Part shown: piece after piece, positions 28,788-37,834 of the stretch
Layout: every line of letters begins with the position of its first letter
Numbering within the stretch: the stretch's first letter is position 1
DNA from: Hydrurus foetidus
Taxonomy: Eukaryota
Assembly: GCA_900617105.1 (NCBI GenBank)
Contig: UYFQ01000600.1
Location: 372,001-416,197 of the forward strand
Length of the DNA: 44,197 nt
Direction: 5' to 3'
Notes under the pieces: generated by a model
Databases searched by the model: none
What the model was told of the DNA's origin: nothing
Seen by the model: the letters and a program-made list of their open reading frames with translations, nothing else
Made by a program: the position numbers and the translations under genes

Positions 28788-31700
28788 CCGCCGACCTTGA
28801 GGGTGTTGTCGTCGCCATTGCGGTCGATAACCGTGTTGTAGGGATCGACCCCGGCCCATTTGGGGGCCTTGTCGACCGTGAAGGTCAGGGTCTGGACGCC
28901 CGAGCGGATCGGGCGGCGCTCATACAGCACGACACTGTCGGCCTGGAAGTCCTTCTTGCCCGGCTCGGCGGTGAACAGGCCGATGTCCATGGTCTCGGCC
29001 AGAGGCGCCGACGTCTCCTTGCCCTGCCGTCGGCGTACATCTTCCTGGCGTCGATGGTGAGCGTGACGTCAAAGCGGCCATCGGCGCGTTTCTTCACGGC
29101 CGCGGCCGTGGTCTTGATGTCGTAGAGGGTGATCTTCTCGAACAGGTCGGTGATCAGGGCCTGCTTGTCGGCCGGGGCCTCGGCGCGGATGGCCCGCATG
29201 AAGTCCAGGGTGGTGGGATAGGGCGCGCCCTTGAAGGCGTGGTCGGCGATCAGCTTGCGCAGGGCGCGGTTGACCGCCGCCTCGCCGATCTCGCTCTGCA
29301 GCCGGTACATGACCAGCGAGCCCTTGCGGTAATAGATGTAGGGCTGGTTCTCGACCTTGTAGAGCGGCTGCTCCTCCAGGGGATCGCCGCCGCGCGCGCG
29401 CAGATAGCTGTCCAGCTCGAACTTCAGGAACTTGCGGATCTGGCTTTCGCCATAGGTCCGCTTCATCACCATCAGGGCCGAATATTGCGCGAAGGTCTCG
29501 CTCAGCATCGCCCCGCCCTGCTGGTCGGCGCCGATCACCTGGTGGGCCCACCACTGGTGGCCGATCTCGTGGGCCCCGACATAGGTGACCATGTCGATCT
29601 TTTCCGGGTCCTTGTAGTTGGAGATGAAGAACAGGCCTTCAGACCACGGAATGGTACTGGCGAACGACTGGGCGAACTGCTCGTAGTCGGGGAACTCCTG
29701 GAACCGCAGCTGGCGGAACTGATAGGGGCTGAACTCGGCGCCCATATAGTCCAGCGAGACCTTCATCGCCGTCTTCATGCGGTCGATGTTCCAGGGGTGC
29801 TGCGGGTCGTAATAGACCGCCAGATCGACGCCCTTGTAGGTCTCGCTGGCGATCTTGTAGCGGGCCGACTGGATCGAGATGAAGTTCTGGATCGGGGCCT
29901 CGGTGACGAAGCGCGCCACGCGGCGATCACCCTTGACCAGGTCGGAGACCTTGTAGCCCGGTGCGATCGGCGTCTGGTCGCTGACCGTGGTGATGGTGAT
30001 GTCGGAGGACACCCAGTCGGCGTCCTTGCGCAGGCCATTGAACTGCATCGAGGCCACATCGCCCAGCCTGGCCATGCGCCGCTCGGGCGGCAGGCCATAT
30101 TTGCGGCGCTTGGCGCGATCGACCAGCAGGCCGTCGCGGGCCATGCCCAGGATCGGCGCGATCTCCATATTGTTGATGAAGGTCCCGTTGGCGACCACAC
30201 GCGATTCCGCGCCGCTGTTGGGGAAGCCCTTCTGCGAGCGCTCGGTGATGAAGCTCATCTTGCGCCGCTCACCCGGAACCATCGGCGTGTCGAAGGCGAA
30301 GATCCGGTAGTTGAACCGGTCATAGGTCTTCTTGGCCCACGCCCCCTCGATCGACAGGCCCTTGACCTTCAGGTCGCGGTCGAAACGGACATGGATTTCC
30401 TTCAGCGGACCGCTCGTCTTGTTCTCGATGACATAGGCGCCCTTGGTGCTGACGCGCGGTTCATCGGGATAGAGGTCCACGTCCAGCATCATCGACACGA
30501 TCTTGGGCTGCGGCAGGGTCTCGAACGGCAGCAGCGTCTTTTCGTAGTCGGCCTGCCACGTCTCGCTGTCGATCGTGGTCCGGTAGGTGTTCCAGACATT
30601 GGTGTTGACGAAGATGAAGGTTCCCGTCGCCACGAACACGGTCAGGCCCAGGGCCAGGGTCAGGCCGGCCTTGCCGGTCATGCGGCTCGGCAGACGCGCC
30701 AGGCGCGGCCACAGCCGGCTCTCGGTCCCGCGACGCCACAGGCCATAGGACAGAACCAGCAGCACGACCGAGAAAGCCGTCCAGTACAGCCGAAGCCACC
30801 AGGCCCCGATCCAGAACTTGCCCTGGCCGTTCATGTCGGAGAAGGGCGTGTCGGTGACCGCGCCGAAATTGTAGAGCTTGTGCTCGAAGCCCAGGTTCGA
30901 GAGGGTGATGGTGCCGACCAGATAGATCACCATCAGGCCCCAGCCGATGAACTTGTGCGGGCTGATCGCCTGCAGGAACACCGCCAGCACCGCCAGCAGG
31001 ATCCAGTCCACCGATTGCGGCAGGATGTACCAGAGCAGATACTTGGACAGCTCCAGATGGGTATAGCCGTGGGCCAGCTGGCTGATGATCGCGGCCAGCA
31101 CGCTGACCAGCAGGGTCGAGACCAGCACCAGCGAAATGGCCAGGGTCTTGGGGACGACAAAGGCCCAGTCCGGAACCGGGGTGGCGTCGATGATCTCGTG
31201 GGTCTTGCGCTCGCGCTCGCGCCAGACCAGTTCGCCCGAATAGTAGATGGCGATGATCATCGGGATCAGGCCAAAGGAGCCCATCAGCGGCGTCAGCAGC
31301 ACGCGGGTCAGCGGATAGATCTCGCCGCCATAGCGACCGGCCTCGGTGGCGAACCACAGCGAGCCCATGGCATTGGCCAGACCCAGGGCCAGCAGCACGA
31401 AATAGGCCGGGCTCTTGAACACCTGGCCCATGTCCAGCCGGGTGCGGACCGTCAGCTGGGCCCAGGCCGTCTGGCGATCATAGCGCGGAATGACCGGGCC
31501 GCTCAGGGTGGCCGGCAGGGCCTCGATCGGCACCGGCCCCTTGTGGGCCTTGACCTTGCGATCGCCCGCCAGCGCATTCGACTGGATCTGGAACAGCCAG
31601 TAGGCGGCTGTCAGGAACCCCGCCGACAGGGTCAGGGCGAAGAGGCGGTTGAACAGCAGCACGCCGGTCAGGGCCGGCGTGACCGCGTTGCGCTCGGTAG

Positions 31701-32360
31701 CGGTCCAGTACTTGGTGACCAGGCCATAGGCCGCCGGCCCAGGGGCTCCCACAGGGCGGCGGTCGTCTCGAACTCCGGGCGATCCAGGGCGATGCCGCCA
31801 ATGATCCACACCACCATGAAGGCGATCACGCCGACATAGGTCCACATCATCGACCGCGTCACCGTGGCCAGGGCGAAGAAGATCGCCGAGGTCAGCAGGA
31901 CGAGGGCAGGGCCAGGGCGAAATAGGATAGATAGGCTTCGACCAGGTTGGGGCCCAGGCGCTCGGGGTCGACCCAGGGCATGAACGAACCGATGAAGATC
32001 GCCAGAGGCACGGCCAGGAACGAGATCGCCGCCGCCAGATAGGCTCCCGTGAAGCGGCCGTACAGATAGTCGAACTTGCCGATCCGGGTGGAGCGCAGGA
32101 TCGGTCCAAAGCCGGTCTCGTCGTCGCGCACCACCACATTGGCGACGATGGCCGTGGTCGCCAGCATGAAGAAGATCGCCATGATCCCGTTGATCTGGCC
32201 ATCGCATAGGGGCGTTCTTGTAGATTGCCGCCCGCCCCGATCGAGATGTTGTCGATCGCCGCCGCCCCGAAGGCCAGCAGGAAAAGACGATGGCGATGAC
32301 CCAGAACACGGGCTGGCGCAGCTGGTAGCGGAATTCGAAGGCAGCGACCTTGGCGAACAT
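28784..32360 (-). CDS. ABC-2 permease / M1 aminopeptidase fusion protein (several frameshifts)
   Basis: MFAKVAAFEFRYQLR start, two multi-TM permease halves, then FAQSF, HEIGHQWW..LSETFAQY, YYRKG, C-terminal GVDPYN..IDRN. Confidence 0.85.
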
Positions 32361-32371
32361 CGACCGGTCTC

Positions 32372-33245
32372 CTACGCCGCGCGGCGGGTGGCGCTCAGGG
32401 TCGAGAAATAGACGTCCTCGAGGCCGCCGGGGACGGGCTCGAAGCCCTCGCCCGGACGATTGTCGGACAGAACGTGGATCACGGTGCGGCCAGCAAACAG
32501 CGGGTCGAGATGACGTTGTACTGCTGCTGGTGGCTTCGAGCTCCCTTGTCGACGGTCTTCGCCAGACCCGGCCGTTCAGCTGTTCCATCAGCTGGATTGG
32601 GCGCGCCCAGCTGGATCGATGCCACCGGCCAGATGATCGCCATGCGCGGGCACAGGTCTGCGACGTCCTCGACAATGTGGGTCGACAGGATAATGACGAC
32701 GTTGTCGGCGATCTCGGCCAGCAGGTTCAGGAAGCGGTTGCGCTCTTCGGGATCGAGGCCGGCCGTCGGCTCGTCGACGATGATCAGGCGCGGATCGCCG
32801 ATCAGGGCCTGGGCGATGCCGAAGCGCTGGCGCATGCCGCCCGAGAACCCGGCCAGGGCCTTCTTGCGCACGCCCCACAGATTGACCTGGCCCAGCAGGC
32901 TCTCGACCGTTTCCTTGCGGTCCTTGGCGTTGGCGATGCCCTTGAGCACCGCCATGTGGTCGAGCATGTCGTAGGCCGAGACCCGCGGATAGACGCCGAA
33001 ATCCTGCGGCAGATAGCCCAGGGTGCGGCGCAGCAGCTCGGGGGTCTTCAGCACGTCGATGTCGCCGAAACGGATATGGCCCGAGGTCGGGGCCTGCAGG
33101 GTGGCGATGGTGCGCATCAGGGTCGACTTGCCCGCGCCGTTGGGCCCAGCAGGCCGAACATGCCGCGCGGTATGGTCAGGCTGACCTCGTCCAGAGCGCG
33201 AACGCCGTTGCCGTAGACGTGAGTCAGGTTCTCGATGATCAACAT
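32372..33245 (-). CDS. ABC transporter ATP-binding protein (frameshifts)
   Basis: MLIIENLTHVY, GPNGAGKST, GYLPQ, FSGGMRQR, IVDEPTAGLDP, STH; ends LEDVYF. Confidence 0.92.
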
Positions 33246-33429
33246 TCGCGCGCTCACAGCCCCCGCATGGAAAGACGCCCAGTATTCCCCACACCCGTCA
33301 TGACTCGACGGCAAGGACGGGGGCAAGTGAAAGAACGTTTAAGCGTCCCCGGTCTCGGGATGATTTCTGATAGGCGATAACCTGGGCAGGGTGCTTTTGA
33401 AGCGCGCGGTTTGGGGTTAATCAGGCGCC

Positions 33430-34109
33430 ATGACGACATACGCCTTTCCCCCGCCCGCCGTTCCCGTGGTCCCGGTCGAGGGATCGTCCGAGGTCTTTCC
33501 CGTCCGGCGCATCCTGTGCGTGGGTCGCAACTACGCCGCCCACGCGCGCGAAATGGGCGGCGATACGCGCGATCCGCCGTTCTTCTTCGCCAAGCCGGCC
33601 GACGCCGTGGTCCCCTGCCGACCACCGTGCCCTATCCGTCGGCGACGGCGGACCTGCACCACGAGATCGAGCTGGTGGCGGCCCTGAAGGCCGGCGGCGA
33701 GAACCTCACGCCTGAGCAGGCCATCGCGCTGGTGTTCGGCTATGCGGTCGGCGTCGACCTGACGCGCCGCGACCTGCAGGGCGCCGCCAAGGCCAAGGGC
33801 CAGCCGTGGGAAGCCGGCAAGGCCTTCGACGCCAGCGCCCCGATCAGCGCCATCCGCCCGATGAGCGGCCTGCCGCCGGAAGGCGCGATCTTCCTGTCGG
33901 TCAATGGCGTGGAAAAGCAGCGCGGCGAGATCGCCGACATGATCTGGAACGTCGCCGAGGTGATCGCCAAGGCCAGCCAGCTGTGGCGGCTGGAAGCCGG
34001 CGACCTGATCTTCACCGGCACCCCCGAGGGCGTCGGCGCCATCGTGCGCGGCGACAGGGTGGAGGGCGAGGTCGAGGGCGTCGGCAAACTGTCCTTCACC
34101 CTGGCCTAG
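33430..34109 (+). CDS. Fumarylacetoacetate hydrolase family protein (frameshift near 33615)
   Basis: [24 protein letters not shown] / [36 protein letters not shown]. Confidence 0.92.
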
Positions 34110-34207
34110 AGCTCCATCCTGACTGCGTCAGGCCGGAGCTCTAGATCTTTGTTTTAACGCATTTTCTTCACGCGAACCGGTATCCACTTCGCTCGAAAAT
34201 GCTCTAG
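34106..34207. repeat. CTAGAGC-bounded repeat (BRU-RS/RIME/CIR-like)
   Basis: Ends CTAGAGC...GCTCTAG with internal GCTCTAG; palindromes TAGAGCTCC..GGAGCTCTA and GCATTTTC..GAAAATGC; AT-rich spacer. Confidence 0.8.
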
Positions 34208-34216
34208 GAGCGCGCC

Positions 34217-34873
34217 ATGAAGCTCATCCTGCACAGCGCCTGGCGGGCCAGCGCGCCCTATCGGGTGCGCATCGGCCTGAACCTCAAGGGTCTGGACTAC
34301 GTCGTCCAGCCTGTGGACCTGGTGTCGAGCCAGCATCAGGGCGAGGCCTATCGGGCCCTGAACGCCCAGGCCCTGGTCCCGACCCTGGAGGTTGCCCTGC
34401 CTGGAGAAGAAGGCCGGCGCCTGACCCAGAGCCTGGCGATCCTGGAGTGGCTGGACGAGGCGGTCCCCGGCGCGTCGCTCCTGCCCGCCGACCCGTTCGA
34501 TCGCGCCACGGTGCGGGCCATGGCCGAGATCGTCGCCTGCGACATCCACCCGGTGAACAATCTGCGCATCCTGCGCGCCCTGACCGGCCTTGGCGTCGAC
34601 CAGGACGGCCGCGACGCCTGGGCCCAGCGCTGGATCACCGACGGCTTTGCGGCGCTGGAGCCGATGGTGGCGCGGCACGGCAAGGGCTATGCGTTCGGCG
34701 ACGCGCCGGGCCTGGCCGACTGCTGCCTGGTCCCGCAGGTCTATAACGCCGCCCGCTTCCACGTGGACATGACGCCGTTTCCGGCGATCAACGCCGCCGT
34801 GGCCCAGGCCCTGGAACACCCGGCCATCGCCGCCGCCCATCCCAACCTTCAACCCGACGCCCAAAAGGCCTGA
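34217..34873 (+). CDS. maiA: Maleylacetoacetate isomerase (zeta GST)
   Basis: WRASAPYRVRIGLNLKG, LNAQALVPTL, TQSLAILEWLDE, ACDIHPVNNLR, ADCCLVPQVYNA, HPNLQPD. Confidence 0.92.
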   Translation: MKLILHSAWRASAPYRVRIGLNLKGLDYVVQPVDLVSSQHQGEAYRALNAQALVPTLEVALPGEEGRRLTQSLAILEWLDEAVPGASLLPADPFDRATVRAMAEIVACDIHPVNNLRILRALTGLGVDQDGRDAWAQRWITDGFAALEPMVARHGKGYAFGDAPGLADCCLVPQVYNAARFHVDMTPFPAINAAVAQALEHPAIAAAHPNLQPDAQKA

Positions 34874-34882
34874 GAAAACAGC

Positions 34883-35506
34883 ATGCTTGAGGATCTCAAG
34901 GCCAACAACGCCGCCTGGTCGAGGGGCAAGACGGAGGTCGATCCGCAGTTCTTCAAGCGGCTCGAAAACCAGCAGAGCCCGGAATATCTGTGGATCGGCT
35001 GCAGCGACAGCCGCGTGCCGGCCAATGAAATCGTGGGCCTGGATCCCGGCGAACTGTTCGTCCACCGCAATGTCGCCAACCTGGCCCCGCCGCAGGACGC
35101 CAACTATCTCAGCGTGCTGCAGTTCGCGGTCGACGTGATCAAGGTCAAGCACGTAATGGTCGTGGGCCATTATGGCTGCGGCGGCGTGGCGGCGGCGATC
35201 GACGGCCAGCGGCGCGGCCTGGTCGATCACTGGCTGCACCCGATCCGCGAGGTCCATGCCGAGCACCGGCACGAGCTGGACGCCCTGCCGGGCGAGAAGG
35301 AAAAGCTCAACCGCCTGTGCGAACTGAACGTCATCCGTCAGGTCCGCAACGTGGCCGCCGACGTCTTCGTGCAGGACGCCTGGGCGCGCGGGCAAGCCCT
35401 GGCCGTCCATGGCTGGGTCTATTCGCTGGCCAACGGCCTGGTGAACGACCTGAACGTCGGGATTTCCAGCCTGGAGGACTATGAGCGGGTGGCCGGGGTG
35501 ATCTGA
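34883..35506 (+). CDS. can: Beta-class carbonic anhydrase, cytoplasmic
   Basis: QSPEYLWIGCSDSRVP, GELFVHRNVAN, GHYGCGG, CELNV, HGWVY. Confidence 0.93.
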   Translation: MLEDLKANNAAWSRGKTEVDPQFFKRLENQQSPEYLWIGCSDSRVPANEIVGLDPGELFVHRNVANLAPPQDANYLSVLQFAVDVIKVKHVMVVGHYGCGGVAAAIDGQRRGLVDHWLHPIREVHAEHRHELDALPGEKEKLNRLCELNVIRQVRNVAADVFVQDAWARGQALAVHGWVYSLANGLVNDLNVGISSLEDYERVAGVI

Positions 35507-35529
35507 ACAACGAACCCGCTTAACTCAAC

Positions 35530-35625
35530 TGTCATCCCGGCCGCAGCGAAGCGGAGAGCCGGGACCCAGGAAGCGCCGCGTTTGCCGTGGTCCCGGATAG
35601 CCTCTGCGAGGCTTCCGGGATGACA
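35530..35625. repeat. Palindromic intergenic repeat, family B
   Basis: TGTCATCCCGG...CCGGGATGACA; arms near-identical to the reverse complement of 28225..28331, different central spacer. Confidence 0.9.
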
Positions 35626-35640
35626 CCGGAAAGGTGAACT

Positions 35641-37746
35641 CTAACCCGCCTTGATCCGCACCCGCGCCGACGCCTTGCGCCCCTGCCCGTCCACCACCGA
35701 CAGCTTGTAGAACCCCGGCGCCGAGGGCCGCCAGACCACCCGGCCACTGACCGGATCGGCCGGCAGCGGCGTTCCGGCGACATACCAGGTCAGGGCGTCG
35801 CCGCCCGCCGCCAGCACCAGTCCCCGCGAGCCTGGCCCCAGGGCCTCGACCTGAACCGCCGCGCCGTCGGGCGGGAAGATCAGGCGCGGGCCTTCGGTCT
35901 GGGCCCTTAAGGTTTGCAGCGCCTGGGGCGCGGATTTCGGCGCGATCGGGCGCGGCGCGGCGGCGGGCGCCCCCACCACGTCGGCGACGTCGAACAGCAG
36001 CGGCAGGGCGGCGTCGCGCCCGGTCAGGCCGCCGCGCGCGCCGCCGTCGGCCCGGCCCGTCCAGACGATGATCACATAGCCGCCGACCACGCCGGCCGCC
36101 ACCGCGTCGCGAAAGCCGTAGGAGGTGCCGGTCTTGAAGGCCATGGCCGGCCCGCCCCGGGTCAGGGCCGAGGGCGCCCGACCACGCGGCGCGGGGGCCT
36201 CGCGCAGGATGTCCAGCACCTGCCCCGCCGCCTCGGGGCGCACCAGTCGGGTTCCGCCGGACCTTTCCCGCAGCTTGGCGTCCGCCTGCGTCCAAGCCAG
36301 GGGCTTGGCGAGGCCGCCGTCGCCCAGGGCGGCATACAGCAGCGCCAGATCGCGCAGGGTGATCCCCTCCCCGCCCAGGGCCAGGGCGAGACCCGCCGCC
36401 TTCAGCTCCGATTTCGGCCGCGCCAGATGGGCGCCGGCCGCCTCGATCCGGCCCGCAAAGGCTTCGGGACCCAGCCGTTCCAGCGTCGCCACGGCCGGCA
36501 CGTTCAGCGAGTGGGTCAGGGCCTCGCGCACCGTGACCTTGTCGTGGAACACCCGGTCGAAGTTCTCGGGCTGATAGTCGGCGAAGCGGGTGGCGCTGTC
36601 GGTCAGCTGGGTGTCGGCGGCCACCAGCCCGTCATCCATGGCCATGGCGTAGATGAAGGGTTTCAGGGCCGAGCCCGGCGAGCGCAGGGCGCGGGTCATG
36701 TCCACCCAGCCCCCGGCCCGCTCGCGCCCCGCCGATCCGACGGCAGCCCGCACCGCCCGGCCCTTGATCTCGACCACCAGGATCGCGGCGGTGGCGTCGG
36801 CCCCCTGCGAGGCGGCGATGGTGGCGGCCATTGGCTCCAGCCGCGTCTGCAGGTCGGCGTCGAGGGTGGTGATCACGCTGGCCTGGGAGGCTGGCGCGGC
36901 GCGGGCCAGCTCGCCCGCCACGTTCCAGGCCAGGGCCGGGAACGGTGACCGACGCGGCAGGGGTTCGGCCTCGGCCTCGACGGCGGCGGTTTCGGTGAGC
37001 ACCCCGGCCCGGACCATCTTGTCCAGCACCGCCCGCCGGGCAAGCCGCGCCGCCTCGGGACGGCGGTCGGGACGGCGGGCTTCCGGCGACTGCGGCAGGG
37101 CGATCAGCAAGGCCTGCTGGCCGTCGGTCAGGCTGGTCGGCTCCTGACCGAAATAGGCCAGGCTGGCGGCGCGCACGCCTTCCAGATTGCCGCCATAAGG
37201 CGCCAGGGTCAGATAGAGGGCCAGGGTCTGGCGCTTGGTCAGCCGCGATTCCAGCTGCACGGCGCGGATCATCTCGATCAGCTTGGAGCCCAGATTGCGC
37301 GGCCGCGGCTCCAGCAGGCGCGCGGTCTGCATGGTCAGGGTCGAGGCGCCGGAGGTTGGGCGGCCATGGACCACCGCCGAGCCGAACGCCCGCACCACCG
37401 CCAGGGGATCGACGCCCAGATGGCTGTAGAACCGCCCGTCCTCCACCGCGATCAGGCGCTTCTGGAAGGTCGCGTCGGTACGGTCGAGGTCGGCCCGGAT
37501 CCGCCAGCGGCCGTCCTCCACCGGCAGGGCCCGCAGCCACGCGCCGCGCCGGTCCAGCGCCACCGGCGAGGACTGCCGGGCGCGGGTCATGTCGGGCGGG
37601 AAGACAGCGCTGAGGGTGGCGAGGACGACCTGGACGCCGAGCAGGGCGACCAGGGCCTTTGACAGAAGCGGAACGTATTTCGCTCTCCTCTCCCCCTTGA
37701 TGGGGGAGAGGTCGGGAGTGGGGGTGACAGCGTCGGACGATTTCAC
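35641..37746 (-). CDS. pbpC: Penicillin-binding protein 1C (true start may be 37832)
   Basis: TG motifs EDGRFYSHLG, GASTLTMQ, KLIE; TP motifs SALK, SLN, KTGTS; PBP_C tail IFPPDGA; downstream of alpha-2-macroglobulin. Confidence 0.93.
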   Translation of the reverse strand: MKSSDAVTPTPDLSPIKGERRAKYVPLLSKALVALLGVQVVLATLSAVFPPDMTRARQSSPVALDRRGAWLRALPVEDGRWRIRADLDRTDATFQKRLIAVEDGRFYSHLGVDPLAVVRAFGSAVVHGRPTSGASTLTMQTARLLEPRPRNLGSKLIEMIRAVQLESRLTKRQTLALYLTLAPYGGNLEGVRAASLAYFGQEPTSLTDGQQALLIALPQSPEARRPDRRPEAARLARRAVLDKMVRAGVLTETAAVEAEAEPLPRRSPFPALAWNVAGELARAAPASQASVITTLDADLQTRLEPMAATIAASQGADATAAILVVEIKGRAVRAAVGSAGRERAGGWVDMTRALRSPGSALKPFIYAMAMDDGLVAADTQLTDSATRFADYQPENFDRVFHDKVTVREALTHSLNVPAVATLERLGPEAFAGRIEAAGAHLARPKSELKAAGLALALGGEGITLRDLALLYAALGDGGLAKPLAWTQADAKLRERSGGTRLVRPEAAGQVLDILREAPAPRGRAPSALTRGGPAMAFKTGTSYGFRDAVAAGVVGGYVIIVWTGRADGGARGGLTGRDAALPLLFDVADVVGAPAAAPRPIAPKSAPQALQTLRAQTEGPRLIFPPDGAAVQVEALGPGSRGLVLAAGGDALTWYVAGTPLPADPVSGRVVWRPSAPGFYKLSVVDGQGRKASARVRIKAG

Positions 37747-37818
37747 GAAGGCCGCGCCTCAACTGGAAACGCTGTCACCCCCATCCCCAACCCTTCCCCC
37801 ATCAAAGGGGGAAGGGGG
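37685..37818. repeat. Palindromic repeat overlapping the pbpC 5' coding region
   Basis: Terminal hairpins CTCTCCCCC-ttgat-GGGGGAGAG and CCCTTCCCC..GGGGAAGGG; inner 15-bp IR TGGGGGTGACAGCGT/ACGCTGTCACCCCCA. Confidence 0.85.
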
Positions 37819-37834
37819 CACACATACGACATGA

